From Eledone cirrhosa (Eukaryota), in NCBI GenBank assembly GCA_964016885.1, contig OZ024742.1, positions 286,440,001 to 286,504,000 on the forward strand: 64,000 nucleotides of DNA. Direction: 5' to 3'. The notes below the pieces were generated by a model. It made no database searches. It had not been told where the DNA came from and worked only from the letters and a program-made list of their open reading frames with translations. The position numbers and the translations under genes were made by a program. Positions 50,996 through 64,000 of this stretch are shown piece by piece (the first letter of the stretch is position 1; each line of letters opens with the position of its first letter).

Positions 50996-51625
50996 TATTC
51001 ACTGCAATCCGAACATTTCAACTGCACGTGTTTCGCTGTTGCTAGATTCAGCTACAAGTACCTTTTCTACTCAGTCTGCCGAAGTAGCGGGCAGGCCAGT
51101 GCTTGGGTCCTCATTTGCTCATAATAGGGAGAGCAGGAGAGACGGAGGCAGTGATAATGGGAATTTGGTTCCTTTGTGTTCGGACCTGGTATATTTATAT
51201 GTTTCACGGACACACACTCACATATGATTGTTAAATAGCCATTAGTTCATTCGTTCTTTGTAAATCCCCCACTGAATACATATTTGATAAGAAAGACTAA
51301 ATAACATTTTACATAAATCTACAGGAAATTCACTAGTTTTATGAATACAAAACCAATTAACTAAAAGAATATTAATATATATACTTTAAATAGATAGTTC
51401 CTGGTCTTTTAGTTTACCTTAAAACAATCAAGTAGCTGATTACAGGACAATTCGTGACTGCATATTGAGATTTTTAAAAACTTTGGTCTATTTTAGTATT
51501 TTACTATTAATATTTATAGTGGCAGGCCTGACTCTTTTCCTATTACCCACTCTACTACCCTAAGTATCGAGTACTCTGGTGCGTTATGGTCCACCTGGTT
51601 CCTTACCACACTTTCTTCTTTATAT

Positions 51626-51690
<65 letters not shown>

Positions 51691-51918
51691 GATAGCTCTG
51701 TACTATACATACAGCACTCTTCTTTCCTTTACCTTTTCCAGGTAATATACTTAACATATAAAGAGCTTCCACCGGGAATGATTGAAGCAAATTCTGCATC
51801 TTATAAATGTGATTGGCATCTTCCAGCCCGATATATTGAACACTCTAAGGTTAATTTCCTATAATCGTATAGGAAATTAACCAACATTATAATTATATCG
51901 TGTTGTTTATTACATAAT

Positions 51919-52012
<94 letters not shown>

Positions 52013-52015
<3 letters not shown>

Positions 52016-52203
52016 CGAAGGAGTTGTGGTAAGGAACCAGATGGACCATAACGCACCAAAGTAATCAATACTTGGGTAGTAGAGTGGGTAATATCAGAAA
52101 GTATGACCCCGATGGCAGAGCTCAAGCCGTTTCGACGGCTATTTCTCTCCAGAAATAGCCGTCGAAACGGCTTGAGCTCTGCGTCGGAGTCATACTTTCT
52201 CCT
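52013..52203 (-). mobile_element. Fold-back copy of the dispersed half-HHR element
   Basis: Palindrome centred ~52148; GAAACGGCTTGAGCTCTGCGTC on the right arm. Confidence 0.75.
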
Positions 52204-52212
52204 ATATATATA

Positions 52213-53505
52213 CAGGGTGGGGCATAAAAACTGTTACAAAATAAAATGCAAATAGTTCTTGAAAAAAACATTTATTTCAAGATCTGACTTCAACAAATAG
52301 TAAGTAATATACTATTAATCAACTGCACAAAAATGTATTCGAAATGCTTTCCTCTAGCTCTCACCACCGCTCGAAGTCTTCTAGGAAAGTCTTCGATGGC
52401 TGCATGAACGGTTTCCATGGGTATTTTCTCCCATACTTTATTCAGTTTTGATTTTAGAGTTTCAATATTTTGGCTAGGAGTAGAGCAGGCCTCACTCTCA
52501 AGAATTGACTGTAAAGAAAAATAGGGAGGGTTGAGATCTGGTGATGTGGGAGGCCACTCTACCTTACAGATCCATGCAGGACAATGGTCTCTACAACATA
52601 CGCTAGCAGTGTGGCTCGTCGCTCCATATTATTGGAGAGTCCAAATGTCATCGCCATAAACAGATCTGCACCATGGCATCAGTGCTCCTTCCAAAATATC
52701 CTTTATGTAAAGTTCTTTGTTAATTTTAACTCCTTGAGGCACAAAAATCAGAGGAAACTTCCTTCTTTCAGAAATGGCTGCCCAAACCATCACTGATGCT
52801 GGTTTCTGTGTTCTGAACACTTTTCCTACACTTGAAGGAATTGATTGGAGACTTTTTGCAAGTACTCGATCATTTTGATGATTGTGAGACTGCTGCACAG
52901 GGAATAACTTCTCATCTGTAAAGATGATGTTTTGCAGCATGCCATCCTTTATACGGTTCAATAACATTTTACTTCTGGAGAGCCTCTTTTCAATTGTGGC
53001 TGCAGAAAGAAGCTGCCTCTTTTGGAACTTATAGGGTGACATCCCCAGATCATCTCGACATATCTTCCGCATAGTTCTCGGCGATATTTCTGTTTCTTCT
53101 GCTATTTTTCTCATGGACCTTCTTGGATTACGCCTTATTTTTTCCCTCACACTTTTAACGAGTTTTGGTGTTCTTGGGGTGCGAGGGCGTCCGGATTGAG
53201 ATCTGTCTTTGGTCGATGAAGTTTCCTTAAATCGATCAATTGTCCTTTTGATCGACATTCTATTGATCTTAAGAGTTTTCCCCAGTTTAAATATCTCGGG
53301 TGGAGTCAGGCCTTTTTCATGCTTCTCTATTATGAACTTTCTTTTCAATTCTATGAACATTGCAAATTGTTAATGGCGTAATGTTCTAAAAAATAGTTAA
53401 TATGGTTATAGTGCATCGATTTGATACAAATATATTAGTTATATTAGCAGCATAATGTATTTTTAAAATTGATTTAAAACTTTGTAACAGGAAATATGCC
53501 CCACC

Positions 53506-53508
<3 letters not shown>
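52213..53508 (-). mobile_element. Tc1/mariner DNA transposon (maT/DD37D-like), full length but decayed
   Basis: TIRs CAGGGTGGGGCATA..CTGTTACAAA / TTTGTAACAG..TATGCCCCACCCTG, flanked by TA. Confidence 0.92.
52335..53360 (-). pseudogene. Tc1/mariner transposase, premature stop at 52629
   Basis: SGRPRT HTH linker, FTDEK, SVMVWAAIS, WTLQ*YGA (normally FQQDGA), WPPTSPDLNP downstream. Confidence 0.88.
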
Positions 53509-53549
<41 letters not shown>

Positions 53550-53724
53550 GAAAAACGAGGAAGTTTTGTTTACATATAAAAAAAATATATTGCGGGCGAG
53601 CAAATGTTACTACGCCCGTCTCTGGATCAGAAACATAGCACACACTTTTTACTCTCTGTTTTTTATTTGCTTCTTTCCTTAAAGTTTACCATCATTCCAT
53701 TGGTATACATATTTTACTTAATTA

Positions 53725-53782
53725 ACACCTGATGAGGTCACCAGGTTCTTACGTAACCTGGCTACTGAAATGTGCCTAGTGT
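53725..53782 (+). ncRNA. Type I hammerhead ribozyme (stem III degenerate) in a solo pLTR-like island ~53545-53850
   Basis: ACAC-CTGATGA-GGTCA CCAGGTT..AACCTGG CTACT-GAAA-TGTGC-CTA-GTGT, then AATAAA. Confidence 0.6.
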
Positions 53783-53847
53783 CTGCAGTAATAAAAAAAT
53801 TAAGGAAATTAAGGAAATTCAACATATTTGGTCTCCTGTCATTTCAC

Positions 53848-53955
<108 letters not shown>

Positions 53956-54025
53956 ATATATATATATATATGTATATATATATGTATATATATATGTATA
54001 TATATATGTATATATATATATATAT

Positions 54026-54510
54026 AAATTGAAACAAAATGAAAACGAAATTTCATTTCTCACTCTTAGTATGGCACTTACTTAAATGTAAGTATGCATG
54101 TATACGTACATACATATATGTATACAGACGTACAGTAGCATGCACACATATATATATATATATATATACACATATATATACATATGCATACAGGTACACA
54201 TACATATATGCACGTATCAGTTTAGCGGCGCTAACGTCGCTTTGTTCGTTTGTAAACAAACTGAACAGCCTGAATTTATGCCATACGGTGTTAAGGCAAC
54301 CACGTCACCTTTTTGTTCAACACTGACACAGGAACGATGTACTAGTTTCAAGCTTGTTAGCTATCATCAGCACCGTTTACCCATCTGCCAGATAGTTGAA
54401 CGTTCGAAAGTATATACTTTCCTTATGAAAATTAACGGCTGAGCAGCCTAATTTGCATATTGAGTGAGTTAAATCGGTCAGGCATACCGAAAACGATAAA
54501 TTGAAACAAA
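54026..54510 (-). repeat. Inverted single copy of the 472-bp unit (HHR at 54333-54377, - strand)
   Basis: Reverse complement of the array unit; starts and ends with AAATTGAAACAAA. Confidence 0.92.
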
Positions 54511-54528
54511 TATATATATATATATATA

Positions 54529-61516
<6,988 letters not shown>

Positions 61517-61519
61517 GTG

Positions 61520-61551
<32 letters not shown>

Positions 61552-61553
<2 letters not shown>

Positions 61554-61859
61554 TTATAAAATAACAGGAGGCTGGACTGGTGTAAATCCTTAAAAGGTTT
61601 GTTATACTATGATCATTTCAATGACCGGGTTCAGTATGAACCCGGTCATTGAAATGATCATAGTATAACAAACCTTTCAAGGATTTACACCAGTGCAGCC
61701 TCCTGTTATTTTATAAAAAAATTAACTCCGTACTCACACCACCAACTATGCAAACGAAGACGGGTGAGTTGCATTACGTCTAGTGCTCTCCATAATATTA
61801 CATCGAGGTTGACCATACAGAATGACCAGTTCTATCCAGTGGTTAACCAACAAACCTAA

Positions 61860-61865
<6 letters not shown>
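61552..61865 (+). mobile_element. Fold-back pLTR-like island with the 3' half of an HHR
   Basis: Palindrome 61552-61718 centred ~61635; GAAA-TGATC-ATA-GTATA at 61651-61667; TA tracts on both sides. Confidence 0.6.
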
Positions 61866-61900
<35 letters not shown>

Positions 61901-61950
61901 AAAATGTATGACCCCGACGACAGAGCTTAAGCCGTTTCGACGGCTATTTC

Positions 61951-64000
61951 TGGGAAGGCTCGCCTCACGAACGGGGCCCACACCGGTTTCCGGTGAGGAA
62001 TACGTAGAGATGCCGCAGCCTGAGCGCGTGTTTGCGCATCGTCAGCCACGGCATCCCCATCTCTCCGTTGGAAGGGTGTTGGCAGCAGATGGATCTTCTC
62101 ACCAAAGGAGCCCGCTTCTTCCAAAGGAATTGGAAGAGCGCGCGCTCCATTTTGGTGAGCGTTTTGGCTGGACAAGGCACGACGGTCAAGCGGTAGTAGA
62201 TGACGGACGCTATAAAAGTGTTCGCCACCTCCGCTCGACCTTTCAAGGATAGTTTGCACTCGGCCCACTTCTGGGTGAGTGCAAACACCTTGGCCGTCAC
62301 ATCATTCCAATTCTTCTCCACCTGGAGGTCCGGACCAAACCAGACCCCGAGCAGTTTTACCAGTCCTTCCGTCCAGCGTCCGACGACGCCATCGGAAGGC
62401 ATCGGTTTGCCTCTCCATGATCCGAATTGCAAACCGATGGACTTGTCCCGGTTCAGCTTCGCTCCTGTGAACCTTTCGTATTCCTTCAGTAGGGTGCCGA
62501 CTTCCTCGATTTGCGAGGTGCTCGACACCATTACTGCCCCGTCGTCGGCGTAGGCCGGCGCCGCTTTCTGCAGTCCCGGTTCCAGAGGGATACCCTGCAA
62601 TAGCTCCAACTTCCGCAGTAATGGCTCGAGATTCAGTACGTACAGAAGGGAGGAGAGATGGCATCCCTGTCGAATGGATCGCGTGATATGGAACGGCTCC
62701 GAGAGGTAGCCGTTCACTTTGACCCTTGAGCAGATGTTACTGCTGTGAATTGCAGCAATCCAGCCCCTGAACACGGGTCAGAAGCCTGCCGCCTCGAGGT
62801 CCGCATCCAAGTAACGATGGTCAACCCTATCGAAAGCCTTACACTGATCCAAGTTGATCAGGGCCCCACCGAAGCCGGGTTTACACCCTACCCTCTCTAC
62901 GATGTATCGCATGAGGTGGAGGTTGTCGTGTATGAACCTGGTCGAGATTGCGCATGTCTCTGCTTCTCCCACCAGGTTCTCGACGACAAGCGCCAGCCTC
63001 TTTGCCAACACCTTGGCCAAAATCTGTAACTCTGTGTTTAGCAGAGTTATGGGCCGGAAGTTGCTTATGTCATCCCCCTTATACCCGTCCTTCCTGATTA
63101 GCGTGACTACGCCCTTGGTCACAGAACTGGGAATTCTCCCGTTCTGCTGCCAGTTGCAGTAGACCGCTTCCAGGAGAACAGAGAACAAGTCCGGCATTGC
63201 TACGTAAAATTCGTAGAGTAGACCGTCGAGACCTGGAGATTTGCGTTTGCCGCATTGGCTCAGCGCATCCCCTATCTCAGTGGCTGAAATCGGCCTTTCG
63301 CAGAACTTCGCCTCGCTGTCCGAGAGCCGCGGCAGGCCGTCGAGGTATGAACCGAAATCCATAGCCCCTCCCGACGCGCCGCCCTGCCCGAACAGTTGAG
63401 CAAAGTGCTGCTGAAAGGCCGTGCACATCTGCTTCGGCTTACGTATCACGCGTCCGTCTTGGTCCTTCAAAGACCGAATCGTGGACTTGTTGCCACTTTT
63501 CGCCTCCGTCACTCGGGCCCAGCTAACAGCTTTGGCTCCCTCGTTTCCCAGAGCACGTATTTTGCTTCTGACAACGCAGCCCTCATGCTTTGAGTCGAAG
63601 AACGGGTCCAAGGCCGTTCTCGTTGCTAGCACGCTGGCTACGTTGCCACTGCTAAGTGCCTCTTCTACTTTATCTACCAGTTCCTTTTCGGTCTTATTTC
63701 TATCTAACGCTAATTCTTTACTAAAACCTATCGAGTCTAATCTAATTGCCCTCTTGAGAGAGTACACCACCATCTGTTGTTGACAATGGCCCCTGTCAAG
63801 TGCTGCTTAACTAAAGTGCTAATCCGTCTTCTGTAGGCTTTGCATGTCGGTAACGACAAGTTCAGCTTCCAGTAGCCGGGTCCCTGTCTATGGATTTTGT
63901 CAAGGTTGACTAAGCAGGTCACTAATTTGTGATCTGAATAGGCAACCATGAACATTTGTGGACAGCTTTACATGTCCCTTTCCTTCTATCTAGGTACGAT
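61951..64000 (-). mobile_element. Tx1-like retrotransposon copy 4: ORF2 fragment, 3'-truncated, runs off the window
   Basis: SDHK, GPGYWKLN, FRPITLLN, LDQCKAFDRV, AYADD; very similar to copy 3. Confidence 0.9.

Overview
Eukaryotic, apparently gene-free and repeat-saturated DNA. Dense (TA)n/(CA)n/(GA)n tracts and tRNA-derived SINEs suggest an octopus or other mollusc genome (inference). Contents: (i) three Tx1-like (L1-clade) non-LTR retrotransposons clustered at 12.97-29.56 kb, each flanked by (TATC)n on its own sense strand, plus a fourth, truncated copy at the right edge; (ii) a decayed Tc1/mariner (maT-like) element with intact TIRs, a hAT MITE with a perfect 8-bp TSD, CRE and CR1/L2 remnants, many SINEs, and 41-bp and 15-bp minisatellites; (iii) a large hidden population of hammerhead ribozymes (HHRs). 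The main HHR feature is a near-perfect 472-bp tandem array (14 copies plus one inverted copy) with one minimal type I HHR per unit, a retrozyme-like element predicted to yield ~472-nt circular RNAs. Other HHR features are a 592-bp-period direct repeat with a covariant U3-A8 core, a Penelope-like GIY-YIG remnant ending in an HHR, and many small fold-back islands between (TA)n tracts that carry unrelated HHRs. Several of these islands are inverted exactly within HHR stem II. All HHRs were folded by eye and none is experimentally verified. Most listed ORFs are microsatellite artefacts.
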